A stretch of DNA of 64,000 nt from Alistipes sp. (GTDB lineage Bacteria > Bacteroidota > Bacteroidia > Bacteroidales > Rikenellaceae), in NCBI GenBank assembly GCA_017555805.1, contig JAFZFR010000062.1, positions 315 through 64,314 of the forward strand, written 5' to 3'. Both the position numbers and the translations under genes were made by a program. Shown piece after piece: positions 52,460 to 62,288 of the stretch (its first letter is position 1; every line of letters starts with the position of its first letter). The notes under the pieces are model-generated. The model was not told where the DNA came from. It saw only the letters and a program-made list of their open reading frames with translations, and searched no databases.

Positions 52460-52596
52460 CGAAAGTTGCCTAAAAAGGTAATTTTGGTGTCAGGCTTGCT
52501 CTCAAAGTCCTCATTTACGCCCAGTAAACTGCGGCTTTTCGAGCCTCGCCTTCCTAAAAATTCCTCTTTTTATACAACTTTTGGTGTAGGGGATAC

Positions 52597-52637
52597 AAAA
52601 AACAAGAGGGAACTGCGTCCAGTTCCCTCTTATTTTT
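52597..52637. terminator. Bidirectional terminator (hydrolase / rpmH)
   Basis: AAGAGGGAACTG-CGTC-CAGTTCCCTCTT flanked by A- and T-runs. Confidence 0.82.
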
Positions 52638-52654
52638 CTGATGAAATCAGAAAA

Positions 52655-52816
52655 TTAAGCATACTTGAATGTTGACTCGTCTGATACTGTCAACTTCTTG
52701 CGTCCCTTTGCACGACGCGCTGCCAATACCTTGCGACCATTGGCAGTAGCCATTCTCTGACGGAATCCATGCTTGTTGATTCTCTTACGACGAGAAGGCT
52801 GGTAAGTTCTTTTCAT
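52655..52816 (-). CDS. rpmH: 50S ribosomal protein L34
   Basis: Hand-translated, below ORF-track cutoff: [53 protein letters not shown]; TACCTTTG promoter at 52893-52900. Confidence 0.97.
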   Translation of the reverse strand: MKRTYQPSRRKRINKHGFRQRMATANGRKVLAARRAKGRKKLTVSDESTFKYA

Positions 52817-53038
52817 TGCCATAACGATATCGTTTTTGTGTTTGTTTCACTTATTCCGCTAAAACCGTGCGTAGCATAGTCTTTGCGAGGTGCAAAGGTA
52901 AAACGATTTTTCTTATTTAACAAAATATTTGCAAATAAATTTACCTCCACCCGTTGCATTTTGGCGTTTGGAGGGCGTAAAAAGTCATATTTTCGCCATC
53001 CGCCACCCGCTTTTGCCCTGCGCGAGAACCACTCAAGG

Positions 53039-53596
53039 CTACATATTCTTGAACAAATCGACCTCGCCGCGCTCCACCTTTCTGTACATCGCCGCCAACT
53101 CGGCAATCACTGGCGAGACCAGTTCGATGGTGTCGTTGATAGCCTCGGCGCGCTTCTTGTCGCCCTTGATGCGGTAGAGCATCGCGGCATAGAGTGCGCG
53201 GAAGCATAGTTCGGTGTCGCACACATCCTCCTTCTTTACCAGCGTGCGAAGCATAGGCAACTGCGGCGCCAGGGTCTGGAATGTCTTGCGGTAGTGCTCG
53301 CCGATAGGGTTCTGCATCAACTGAAGATGCAGATTGTGCATATCGCCGATGAGGTGGAGCGTGTGCTCAAGGTGTCCGCTCTCCTCCTTACCCTCCTTGC
53401 GTAGAAGGTTCACAATGTCCATATACCACAGAAGGAAGATGTGCTTCTGCTCCTCATCGACCTGTCGTGGCGCGACCAGTTGTGAGTAAATCGCCTCGGG
53501 GCTGAACTGCAACGCCCTCAAAAGGTCCTCAATCTGCCACAGATAGAGTATATATTCGGCTATGTTCTCCTTGCGTTTTGCTTGTGCTATATCCAT
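53039..53596 (-). CDS. DUF4924-like conserved protein
   Basis: KRKENIAEYILYLWQIEDLLRA N-terminus; MxxEG-like LRKEGKEESGHL. Confidence 0.75.
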   Translation of the reverse strand: MDIAQAKRKENIAEYILYLWQIEDLLRALQFSPEAIYSQLVAPRQVDEEQKHIFLLWYMDIVNLLRKEGKEESGHLEHTLHLIGDMHNLHLQLMQNPIGEHYRKTFQTLAPQLPMLRTLVKKEDVCDTELCFRALYAAMLYRIKGDKKRAEAINDTIELVSPVIAELAAMYRKVERGEVDLFKNM

Positions 53597-53604
53597 AGTA
53601 TCAG

Positions 53605-53637
53605 AAATTCAAAATTTAGAATTCAAAATTCAAAATT
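53605..53637. repeat. Heptamer tandem repeat, (AATTCAA)n type
   Basis: AAATTCAAAATTTAGAATTCAAAATTCAAAATT fills the intergenic gap. Confidence 0.8.
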
Positions 53638-53640
53638 ACA

Positions 53641-54669
53641 TTATTGCAAGCCCCAGTCGCGGGCGTTTGCCTCGTGCTTGGGGGCATTCTTTACATTGGC
53701 GAAGAACTCGAAGCCCGTCAGGCGCTCCAACTCCTCGATTGAAATCATCTCCTCGGCCGATGGCTTGCGACCCTGCGCCGAGCGGTGACCCACGATAAAT
53801 GCGGCGCACTTTAACTCCTGCGCCTTACACTCCCTGACGCTCTTGCCCGAGCGACCACTGCGGGTGCGAAGCAGCGCCTTGTAGTATGCCGTAGGCACGC
53901 CCACGCGCTTCGAGTCGTTGCGGTTGGAGTGTGTTGTGGGCTTGATTACAGTGCCGTCGGTATCCTCATACTCCGTAAAGAGGCAACCCGTAACCACATA
54001 GAGCGTGTCGGCGCACAACTGCCTATCGACAAACGCCTCGAGGTTGTTCCATGCACCGCCCCACGCATTGAAGCCGTCGCGCAACTGGGGCGCGATGTTG
54101 CTCACATAGAATGTCTGGATGTTCGCCTCGCGTGACGAGGTGCGCTCCGCCGAGCCGAGCAGATGACCGCGCGAGTACTCTCCGCCGTAGGAGCGGCTCA
54201 AAAGCGGTTGTATGTTGGTTGGTAACTTGGGGTCGGACTGATAACTGTCGGTGCGCTCGATGTCGCCCGTATAGGAGCGGTGCAACGGCGCTGCGACCCA
54301 CAACGGACATCGCAACTCGCGACTAAAGCAGGCGGTGTAGGTGCGGCGGTTGTCGCGTGAGTCCTCCTCGCTGATTGTGTGGTAGGCGTAGTAGAGGTCC
54401 TTATCCTCCACCTCGGCAGGCAACTCCGCCCAGCCCGTGCGCTTCGCCTTTTTGCGTGGCGCGGCAGAACTTGCAGAACTCTCTGCGGTGTTTTCTGCGC
54501 TTGCGGTCTCCTCCTCGCCCGAAAAATCGACAAGTGTGGTTGCACCCTGTCGGTCGGTGTCGGGTGCGACATAATTATTGTATATGTATCGTCCGCCCAC
54601 CAGCAGTGCGGCAAGCACCAGGTACATCAGTCCGCGACTCGCTGGCAATTTTTTTGTTCTGTGTCTCAT
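53641..54669 (-). CDS. DNA/RNA non-specific endonuclease (NucA/EndA-like), membrane-anchored
   Basis: N-terminal TM; YSRGHL, TFYVSNIAPQ, FN...WNNLE, LYVVTG, VPTAYYK. Confidence 0.9.
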   Translation of the reverse strand: MRHRTKKLPASRGLMYLVLAALLVGGRYIYNNYVAPDTDRQGATTLVDFSGEEETASAENTAESSASSAAPRKKAKRTGWAELPAEVEDKDLYYAYHTISEEDSRDNRRTYTACFSRELRCPLWVAAPLHRSYTGDIERTDSYQSDPKLPTNIQPLLSRSYGGEYSRGHLLGSAERTSSREANIQTFYVSNIAPQLRDGFNAWGGAWNNLEAFVDRQLCADTLYVVTGCLFTEYEDTDGTVIKPTTHSNRNDSKRVGVPTAYYKALLRTRSGRSGKSVRECKAQELKCAAFIVGHRSAQGRKPSAEEMISIEELERLTGFEFFANVKNAPKHEANARDWGLQ

Positions 54670-55121
54670 TACTCTCTGTTTCGTGAGTCAATCCAAATCG
54701 TTACTGGACCGTCGTTGATAAGTTCCACCTTCATATCTGCGCCGAACTCGCCCGTAGCGACACTCTTGCCCAGAGCCTGCTCAACCGATGCCACGAACTT
54801 CTCGTACATCGGGCGCGAGATAGCCTCTCCTGCGGCGCGGAAGTATGATGGGCGGTTACCCTTCTTTGTTGAGGCGTGGAGCGTGAACTGGCTCACCACC
54901 ATCACCTCGCCCCCAATTTGCTGCACATCGAGGTTCATCACGCCCGCCTCATCATCGAAGATGCGCAGGCGCAACAACTTGCCTGTGAGCCAATCTATAT
55001 CCTCCTGGGTGTCAGCCTCCTCGATGCCTACAAGCACCATCAGACCCTTGCCTATGGCGCTGCGTACCTCACCCTCGATGGTGACCGAGGCGTGGCTGAC
55101 GCGCTGAATCAGTAATCTCAT
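54669..55121 (-). CDS. dtd: D-aminoacyl-tRNA deacylase
   Basis: IQRV, VSQFTL, GNRPSY, FGADMKVELINDGPVT. Confidence 0.96.
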   Translation of the reverse strand: MRLLIQRVSHASVTIEGEVRSAIGKGLMVLVGIEEADTQEDIDWLTGKLLRLRIFDDEAGVMNLDVQQIGGEVMVVSQFTLHASTKKGNRPSYFRAAGEAISRPMYEKFVASVEQALGKSVATGEFGADMKVELINDGPVTIWIDSRNRE

Positions 55122-55133
55122 CTCTAAAGTCGG

Positions 55134-55817
55134 TTAAAGTCCCTCGAAAAACTCCCACAGATTATCCTTTGGCGTAGGCGCTGTGATGCTGATAGGCTCC
55201 TTGCGTACCGGGTGCAGGAACTCCACCTTGCGTGAGTGCAGCGAGATGCCGCCATCGGGGTTAGAGCGCTTTGCGCCATACTTCAGGTCGCCCTTGATTG
55301 AGCAGCCAATCTTCGAGAGTTGGGCGCGAATCTGGTGGTGACGACCCGTCAGGAGTTCCACCTCGAGCAGCGTGTAGCGTGTCGAGCAGCCGAGTAACTT
55401 GTAATTCAGCATCGCCTTCTTGCCATCGGCCTTTGGCTTGTCGTAGGCGCGTGAGCGGTTTGTGCGGCCATCGCGCACGATGTAGTGCGTGAGGCTTGCC
55501 TCGTCGTGCTGTGGGCGTGCCTCCACGATAGCCCAGTAGGTCTTGTGAATCTCGCCGTTGCGAATCATCTCGTTGAGGCGTGTGAGGGCCTTCGATGTCT
55601 TGGCGAACATCACAGCGCCACTCACTGGGCGGTCGATGCGGTGCACCACGCCGAGGAACACATCTCCAGGCTTATGGTCGCGCACCTTAATCAAGGTCTT
55701 GATGTCATTCTCGAGTGCCTCGTCGCACTCCTTGTCGGGTTGAACCAACTCGCCACAACGCTTGTTGATAACAATGATGTGGTTATCTTCGTAGAGTATA
55801 TCTTTTGGATGTATCAT
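55134..55817 (-). CDS. RluA-family pseudouridine synthase (no S4 domain)
   Basis: ILYEDNH, VHRIDRPVSG, TGRHHQIRAQL, GDLKYG. Confidence 0.9.
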   Translation of the reverse strand: MIHPKDILYEDNHIIVINKRCGELVQPDKECDEALENDIKTLIKVRDHKPGDVFLGVVHRIDRPVSGAVMFAKTSKALTRLNEMIRNGEIHKTYWAIVEARPQHDEASLTHYIVRDGRTNRSRAYDKPKADGKKAMLNYKLLGCSTRYTLLEVELLTGRHHQIRAQLSKIGCSIKGDLKYGAKRSNPDGGISLHSRKVEFLHPVRKEPISITAPTPKDNLWEFFEGL

Positions 55818-55820
55818 AGT

Positions 55821-56276
55821 CTAAAGTTTGAACGAAAATGGTAGCAAGGCTTCTGCCGAACCGACGACGGTAGCCGTCTCTGCGCCACTCATAATGATGC
55901 GGATGGGTCTCTGCTGACGATGCTCGGCATCGAGCAGGGTCTGTCGGCAGCCGCCGCAGGGGTAGCACTCCCTCGGTGCGGGGTCGGATGCTATGGCGAG
56001 TGATTCGATTGCGCGGTCGGCGTATGAGGTCTGCAAGTTATAGAGCAAAACCCTCTCGGCGCACATTCCCGAAGGATAGACCTCGCTCTCGCAGTTTGCC
56101 GCCGAGACAATCTCGCCGCCAGCGAGTCGTGCCGCCGCTCCCACGCGGAATCCAGAGTAGGGGGCGTGTGCCTTCGCTGTTGCCGCTCGTGCCGCCTCCA
56201 CAAGGGTGCGGTCCGCCTCGGGCATAGCCTCCAGGGAGTCGAAATGGTCGAATGTGAAGTTAAAAATCTTCTCCAT
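55821..56276 (-). CDS. cdd: Cytidine deaminase
   Basis: APYSGFRVGAA, CAER, PCGGCRQ; minus-strand TATCTTTG at 56303-10. Confidence 0.92.
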   Translation of the reverse strand: MEKIFNFTFDHFDSLEAMPEADRTLVEAARAATAKAHAPYSGFRVGAAARLAGGEIVSAANCESEVYPSGMCAERVLLYNLQTSYADRAIESLAIASDPAPRECYPCGGCRQTLLDAEHRQQRPIRIIMSGAETATVVGSAEALLPFSFKL

Positions 56277-56441
56277 AGCAGTTGCTTATCTAACGATGAG
56301 AGCAAAGATAGTATATTGCCGCCACGCAAACAAATTTTCGGCGATAATTTGAATTTATTTCCCTTATAAGGGAACTCTCTGTCGTTTTATTGTGTATATT
56401 TGTCGGATAAATTGAAAGTTGAATTTCTAAAAGAGAGAATT

Positions 56442-56978
56442 ATGAAGCGGGTGATTTTGTTTTTGGCGGTGATGATGTTGGGAGTGGTGAGTGCATCGGC
56501 TCAAAAGAGTCCCTACAACTACTATAAGCCGGGTTACTGGGGTAATGTCGAGTTTTTGGGTGGCGTAGCGATGGGTGGCGGTAGTGATATCGGCGGCAGC
56601 ACGACACACGGATATTGCTTTGGTAGCGGTGTTGCGATGGGTATGGGTGTCGGTGTCTATTGCGATGTCAATCAGGTGGCATACTACATCAATGTCCCAA
56701 TCTTCGTGGAGACAAAATACTCTCCTTTGAGGGGCGGCAGTTCGCCATTTGTCTCGCTCCGTACGGGTATGAGCGTGACCGACTGGTTGCAGCCTGGATT
56801 TTACCTCTCGCCCGCCCTTGGTTTTGATATCAAGCGGTTTTCTCTGTTTGCGCGCTACGGTTTTAACCTCTATCCCGTAGTGGTGGATATTGATGTGCCC
56901 GCATTGGATATAAATATGTCGGCCGACGCACACCTAAAGTCGCACACTTTGTCGGTTGGCTTTGCGGTTAATTTCTAA
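56442..56978 (+). CDS. Small outer-membrane beta-barrel protein (hypothetical)
   Basis: Signal peptide; Gly/aromatic alternating strands; ends SVGFAVNF; TATATTTG at 56395. Confidence 0.7.
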   Translation: MKRVILFLAVMMLGVVSASAQKSPYNYYKPGYWGNVEFLGGVAMGGGSDIGGSTTHGYCFGSGVAMGMGVGVYCDVNQVAYYINVPIFVETKYSPLRGGSSPFVSLRTGMSVTDWLQPGFYLSPALGFDIKRFSLFARYGFNLYPVVVDIDVPALDINMSADAHLKSHTLSVGFAVNF

Positions 56979-56993
56979 AGTAGGAAAGGAAGA

Positions 56994-57575
56994 ATGAAGA
57001 GACTGATTTGCATCTTGTTTTGTGCCGCGGCGTTGGTTGCCTGCCGAGGTGGCTTTACGGCCGAGGAGCGCGAGGTGATATATCGTGGTGAGGGGGATAT
57101 TATGCGTGTGATGAGCATTGCCGACACCGCCGACTCGTTGCTGTTGCGTCGCGAGTGCCAGCCTATGGTGGAGCAGATGGTGGGCAGCGAGGAGTTGCAG
57201 ACCTTGTGCCGCCGTATGCTCGCTACGGTGAACGACCCCGAGAACGAGGGCGTGGGCATCGCCGCACCGCAGGTGGGTGTGTCGTGCAGGATGGTTGCCG
57301 TTCAGCGCTATGACAAGCAGGGTGCGCCCTTCGAGTTCTTCCTCAATCCCGAGATTGTCGCAATGCTCGGCGAGAAGCAGTTGGGTGGCGAGGGATGCCT
57401 CTCGGTTCCCGATATGCGTGGCGAGGTGATGCGCGCGTGGAGCATTGTGCTAAAGTATCGTGACCTCGATTTTGTGGAGCAGACCGATACCGTGAATGGC
57501 TTTACGGCGGTCATCTTCCAGCACGAGGTGGACCACCTGGATGGCGTGTTGTATATTGATAGAATGGAAAAATAG
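56994..57575 (+). CDS. def: Peptide deformylase with N-terminal lipoprotein signal
   Basis: GVGIAAPQ, EGCLS and QHEVDH all intact; MKRLICILFCAAALVAC lipobox. Confidence 0.88.
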   Translation: MKRLICILFCAAALVACRGGFTAEEREVIYRGEGDIMRVMSIADTADSLLLRRECQPMVEQMVGSEELQTLCRRMLATVNDPENEGVGIAAPQVGVSCRMVAVQRYDKQGAPFEFFLNPEIVAMLGEKQLGGEGCLSVPDMRGEVMRAWSIVLKYRDLDFVEQTDTVNGFTAVIFQHEVDHLDGVLYIDRMEK

Positions 57576-57583
57576 AGCGAATT

Positions 57584-59140
57584 ATGTCGTTGAAGATAAA
57601 GATTTTATGTGTTGTGTTGAGCCTTGCGATGCTCGCCCCCGCGTGGTTGGGCGGTACGGGCTTGACGCTGCTGGTGGCACTGGTGCCGCTGATGATGATT
57701 AGTGCCTCATACTCCGACTCCGCGCGCGACTGGTGGCGTATGGCGGGGTGGGCGGCGCTCACATTTGTGTTGTGGAATGCCGCTACGATATGGTGGGTGT
57801 GGATTGCTACGCCCGCAGGACCTATCACGGCTACGCTCTTCTCGACATTCTGGAATTTGGTGGGCTTTATGCTCTACCACTACACCTCAAAGCGCACCTC
57901 GCGCGCAGTGGCTTACACCCTTTTGGCTACGGCGTGGGTCGCAACCGAGTATCTCTACACCAGCGCCGAGGTGCTCTCGTTCCCTTGGCTGACGCTCGGC
58001 AATGGCTTCTCGGGCGATGTGTGGGCGGTGCAGTGGTACTCCGCAACGGGAGTCTTTGGCGGCTCGTTGTGGGTGATGCTCTCCAACATTGCTATCTTCG
58101 AGGCTATCATCCGCCGAGGTAGGTGGGCTACGGTGAGGGCGGCATTGGTTGTGGTTGTGCCGATTGCCGTGTCGCTTGCTATGTACTGGGGCTATGAGCC
58201 ATCCGATGAGAAGGTTAAGGTGTCGGTGTTGCAGCCAAATGTAGATTGTTACGAAGAGAAGTTCAGCGGGACTGCCGCTGCGCAGACACAAAATATTGTA
58301 GAGCTCCTCTCGCAGACCCCTGCAGAGAGTGTTGTGGCAGTTTTGCCCGAGACCGCTCTGCCTGAGCAGTTGGACGATGACGAGCCGTTGCAGGGTCGCA
58401 TCATATCGTCGCTTGCCGATGTCATCCACGCCGAGCACCCCTCGACGATGCTGGTGATGGGCGCGACGACCATCAAGCATTACGACTCGCAGACCAAGCC
58501 AACCCCCACGGCGCGAGTAAGTTGGGGCACATATTACGATGTCTATAACTCTGCCGTTGCGGTGAATGCCGCCACAGCGAACAACCTCCACCACAAGATG
58601 CGTCTTGTGATTGGCGTTGAGGCTATGCCGTTTACGGGCTTCCTCGACAGGTTTGTCGACTTGGGTGGTATCACGGGTCAGTTGGGCAGAAACGATAAGG
58701 CTACGGTGTTTGAAAATGGTGGCGTAAAGTTCGGTCCTGCAATATGTTACGAAGGTATCTACGGCGACTGCTTCGCCCGCTTTGCGCGTGAGGGCGCCGA
58801 GGCGATGCTGGTGATGTCGAACGATGGCTGGTGGGGTAATACGCCTGGTCATAAGTGTCTGTTCGACTACTGTCGTCTGCGTGCCATTGAGACCCGCCGC
58901 AGTATTTCCCGCAGTGCCAATACGGGCGTGTCGGGCTTCATTACGCCTCGTGGCGATGTGTTGCAGAGCCTCGGCTGGGACGAGCGCGGTGTGCTGACCC
59001 AGGAGGTTGAGGTGCGCGAGGATGTGACCCCTTATGTTGCCTATGGCGACTGGGTGGGCAGAATGTCGTTGCTCATCGCTCTGCTCGGCGTACTCTACTA
59101 TTCGGCTTATCGTATCAAACGCAAAAATCATCTTGTATGA
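57584..59140 (+). CDS. lnt: Apolipoprotein N-acyltransferase
   Basis: Multi-TM; FPWLTLG, LQPNV, LPETA, HKMRLV, ICYE, SNDGWWG, RAIETRR. Confidence 0.93.
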   Translation: MSLKIKILCVVLSLAMLAPAWLGGTGLTLLVALVPLMMISASYSDSARDWWRMAGWAALTFVLWNAATIWWVWIATPAGPITATLFSTFWNLVGFMLYHYTSKRTSRAVAYTLLATAWVATEYLYTSAEVLSFPWLTLGNGFSGDVWAVQWYSATGVFGGSLWVMLSNIAIFEAIIRRGRWATVRAALVVVVPIAVSLAMYWGYEPSDEKVKVSVLQPNVDCYEEKFSGTAAAQTQNIVELLSQTPAESVVAVLPETALPEQLDDDEPLQGRIISSLADVIHAEHPSTMLVMGATTIKHYDSQTKPTPTARVSWGTYYDVYNSAVAVNAATANNLHHKMRLVIGVEAMPFTGFLDRFVDLGGITGQLGRNDKATVFENGGVKFGPAICYEGIYGDCFARFAREGAEAMLVMSNDGWWGNTPGHKCLFDYCRLRAIETRRSISRSANTGVSGFITPRGDVLQSLGWDERGVLTQEVEVREDVTPYVAYGDWVGRMSLLIALLGVLYYSAYRIKRKNHLV

Positions 59141-60438
59141 CCTACTCGGAAACAATAGATTTTCTTTTCAATCAAGTGACCTCGTTCCAGCAGGTGGGTG
59201 CTGACGCCTACAAGCCAGGTCTGGAGCGCATCGAGGAGTTCTGCCGCTTGCTTGGCAACCCTCATCACGACTACCACACAATCCACATCGCGGGCACAAA
59301 CGGCAAGGGCTCGACCTCGCACATCATCGCCTCGGTGCTTCAGCACTCGGGCTATCGTGTGGGTCTGTTCACCTCGCCCCACCTGAAGGATTTTCGTGAG
59401 AGAGTGCGTGTCGATGGCGAGATGATTTCCGAGCAGGAGGTGGTCGCGTTTGTAGAGAATCATCTAAAAGATATTCAGCGACTTGGACTCTCGTTCTTTG
59501 AGATTACGGCGGCGATGGCGTTTGCCCACTTCGCCCAGAGCGATGTCGAGGTGGCTATTATCGAGACGGGTCTTGGCGGTCGTCTGGATGCAACAAATAT
59601 AATCACTCCGCTGGCGAGCATTATCACCAACATCGGTCTTGACCACACCGACCTTCTGGGTAATACACTGGAGGCTATTGCTGGCGAGAAGGCGGGCATA
59701 ATCAAGGCGGGCGTGCCTGTCATTGTGGGCGAGCACGGCGAGCAGGTGGATGCGGTCTTTGAGCGCGTGGCGCGTGAGAAGGGTGCGCCGCTAAAGTATG
59801 CACAGGATGAGGTCGGCCTGCTTGAGCAGACGAATGAGGAGGAGATGCAACGATTTAAGTTGTTGCGTGTGCGCGATGGCGCGGAATATACCCTGCTGCT
59901 CGACCTGCAAGGCGAGTATCAGTCAAACAATATCCGTACGGCGTGTGCGGCGCTCGATGTTCTGCATTGTGCCTCGCCGCTGACTATTCCTCGCCGAGCC
60001 TTGTTGGCGGGTCTGCGCTCGGTTGTGGCGACTACCCATCTGAAGGGTCGCTGGCAGGTGCTCTCGCGTGAGCCTTTGGTGGTGTGCGACACTGGTCATA
60101 ATGCTCACGGAATCAAATATGTAGCGCGCCGATTGGAGTCGCTCGCATCGAACTACGATAAGCTCTATTGCATTGTTGGCTTTGCCAAGGATAAGGCTTT
60201 GGGAGAGGTGTTGCCGCTGCTGCCAAAGTCGGCTAATTATATCTTCAGCGAGGCTGCTTCGCCCCGCGCAATGAAGGCGGAGGCGCTGAAGGAGCGAGCA
60301 GGCGAGTTTGGCTTGCAGGGCGTTGCCGTAGATAGCGTGGCGGGCGCAATCGCCTACGCCAAGGGCATAGCGACTGCGGCAGATGCAATCTTTATCGGTG
60401 GAAGTAACTTTGTTGTCGGCGAGATACCAGAGTTGTAG
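59137..60438 (+). CDS. folC: Folylpolyglutamate synthase/dihydrofolate synthase
   Basis: HIAGTNGKGS, FTSPHL, ETGLGGRLDATN, DTGHN. Confidence 0.95.
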   Translation: MTYSETIDFLFNQVTSFQQVGADAYKPGLERIEEFCRLLGNPHHDYHTIHIAGTNGKGSTSHIIASVLQHSGYRVGLFTSPHLKDFRERVRVDGEMISEQEVVAFVENHLKDIQRLGLSFFEITAAMAFAHFAQSDVEVAIIETGLGGRLDATNIITPLASIITNIGLDHTDLLGNTLEAIAGEKAGIIKAGVPVIVGEHGEQVDAVFERVAREKGAPLKYAQDEVGLLEQTNEEEMQRFKLLRVRDGAEYTLLLDLQGEYQSNNIRTACAALDVLHCASPLTIPRRALLAGLRSVVATTHLKGRWQVLSREPLVVCDTGHNAHGIKYVARRLESLASNYDKLYCIVGFAKDKALGEVLPLLPKSANYIFSEAASPRAMKAEALKERAGEFGLQGVAVDSVAGAIAYAKGIATAADAIFIGGSNFVVGEIPEL

Positions 60439-60440
60439 CG

Positions 60441-61043
60441 CTATTGTCTTTCGCGCAGCGAGCCTATGGTGTAGAGTACAGCCACAACGGCACAGCCAAT
60501 CAGCGAGAGGCGTATGCGGCGCGTAAGGAAGAAGAAAATCACAAACATAATCATCATACCCACCACCAGCGTCGTCCACTGAAATCCAGAGTAACGGCGG
60601 TATTTGCGTGGTGTGAAGTTTGAGCCATACTTGGCGATGGAGAAATAGACTGTACCCGAGGCGCGCTTGCGTAAGCCGTTGAATTTCAGCAGGGCAAGGA
60701 AGTGCTTTGAGTCGGGACAGTCGCTGTCGTAGAGCGTGTGCCACCCCGCGGGTCGCTCCTCGCGCCACTCGCCCGCCTGCATCACCCAGCGGTCGGGGTT
60801 TGAGGTGGTGTGGGTCGTGATGCCGACGCCGTGTCGCAGACCATCCTCGTCCAGTTCGCCGATGTAGTAACCATCTTTCCACTCCTTGAACTGCATACTC
60901 TCCTGGCGCTCTGCCACATAGTCGAGATTCTCCATAAGCAGGTTGCGGGCGTCACGATTTAGTTCGTGACCCCAGTCGCGTATCTTGCGCCTAACGAGCG
61001 AACGATACCACTCAATCTCCTTTATGGCTGCCTCGCGATTCAT
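60441..61043 (-). CDS. Hypothetical membrane protein with MORN-like segment
   Basis: YYIGELDEDGLRHGVG and QAGEWREERPAGW; two C-terminal TMs; 1 nt from upstream gene. Confidence 0.65.
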   Translation of the reverse strand: MNREAAIKEIEWYRSLVRRKIRDWGHELNRDARNLLMENLDYVAERQESMQFKEWKDGYYIGELDEDGLRHGVGITTHTTSNPDRWVMQAGEWREERPAGWHTLYDSDCPDSKHFLALLKFNGLRKRASGTVYFSIAKYGSNFTPRKYRRYSGFQWTTLVVGMMIMFVIFFFLTRRIRLSLIGCAVVAVLYTIGSLRERQ

Positions 61044-61044
61044 T

Positions 61045-62193
61045 CTATTTTACTCTCTCGAATGGTCCATTCTCGCTACCTGTCAGGCGGTGCAGACGCA
61101 GGTTGCTGCCCTCGCCCTCCTGGGTGGCGTAGTTGAACGATATGTAGTAATATCCCTTGCCGATGGGGTAGAAGCCCGTTGAGCCCGCGCCGAACATCCA
61201 ACCGCGAGTGCCCGAAGCCTCATCCACAAGGCTTGGTATGCGCTGCTGGAGCGGAATAACTGCGCCCTCGGCGATGTATGGAATGCCCTCAAGAGGCTGT
61301 GTTACGGGTTTAATCTTGCCATCAACGGCGAAGAGCGAGTAGTTGGGATAATTGCGCTTTCTGCCTGGATAGACCGCCATCCACCACACCTTCTGCTCCT
61401 TGTCATACTCAAGATTCTGTACGCCGTAGGATGTGTTGCCCGTATAGGCGTAGTACTCGCCATCGGGTGCGTCGGGACCCACCTGGTGCATATCCGAGGC
61501 CTGCGCCAGCGGGCGCTCGTACTTCTTCCAGTCGGTCACATCGTACTGATGCAGCACCTGATAGTTATTATCGTTGCGCTTTGTGTCGCTATATACGCCG
61601 TAGGCTACCGTAAGGTATTGCTTGCCGCCCTTCTTGCCGAACTTTGGACCGAAACTAACACCGTCGATACCACTGCAACCGAGGCGGTGGCGGAACTTAC
61701 CCTCGGGCGTTGTGACCGAAGCGGAGTAGTCATCCAGCACACGCTTGAGGTGTACGGTAGTGACCACGCCCTCCTCGCTTGGGAGGATGCCCTCGCGGTC
61801 AATCTTCGCGCAGTCGAAGATGGCGATGTAGAATGCGTTGGGGATTTTCGTGGTGCTCTTCTCTCGGAGCATAATACTCTTGCCGATTGAGTCATCCTTA
61901 TACTCCAACGAGCCATACACTCTGCCCTCCTTCTCGTTGAACGAGAGGTCGCCCAGGTGACCCACCAGACCCACCACCGAGCCGAGGATGTTACCTTGCA
62001 GGTCGGTCTTGATGAGCATTGTGGTGTATGAGAGGTAGAGGTGCTGATTTTTCTTGTCGTATGCTATGCCCTGAATGTGACCCGACTTGAATGGTCCCGA
62101 CTCAATATTTGCGGGCAGGGTCTGTGCCGATGAGGGTTGTGCAACCGCGAAAATCATTGCGGTGAAAATCAAAATGGCGAATATGCGCTTCAT
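61045..62193 (-). CDS. Secreted hypothetical protein, probable beta-propeller
   Basis: Signal peptide; repeated blade-like motifs HIQGIAYD, HLGDLSFN, GIDGVSF, GVQNLEYD. Confidence 0.7.
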   Translation of the reverse strand: MKRIFAILIFTAMIFAVAQPSSAQTLPANIESGPFKSGHIQGIAYDKKNQHLYLSYTTMLIKTDLQGNILGSVVGLVGHLGDLSFNEKEGRVYGSLEYKDDSIGKSIMLREKSTTKIPNAFYIAIFDCAKIDREGILPSEEGVVTTVHLKRVLDDYSASVTTPEGKFRHRLGCSGIDGVSFGPKFGKKGGKQYLTVAYGVYSDTKRNDNNYQVLHQYDVTDWKKYERPLAQASDMHQVGPDAPDGEYYAYTGNTSYGVQNLEYDKEQKVWWMAVYPGRKRNYPNYSLFAVDGKIKPVTQPLEGIPYIAEGAVIPLQQRIPSLVDEASGTRGWMFGAGSTGFYPIGKGYYYISFNYATQEGEGSNLRLHRLTGSENGPFERVK

Positions 62194-62288
62194 AGAGTTG
62201 TAGTTTTTTGGTTGTTCCTTTATGCGAAGATACTATTTTTTTTCAGAATGGAAAAACTTTTATATATTTGCTTAATTAATATCCTCAA

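Noticed and set aside
57887-59155. 422-aa minus-strand ORF and similar long ORFs (35263-36522, 40967-41992, 62295-63317, 24599-25504, 42701-43579, 59923-60882)
   Set aside because: They overlap well-supported genes, mostly antisense, and show no motifs; they are shadow ORFs from biased codon usage.
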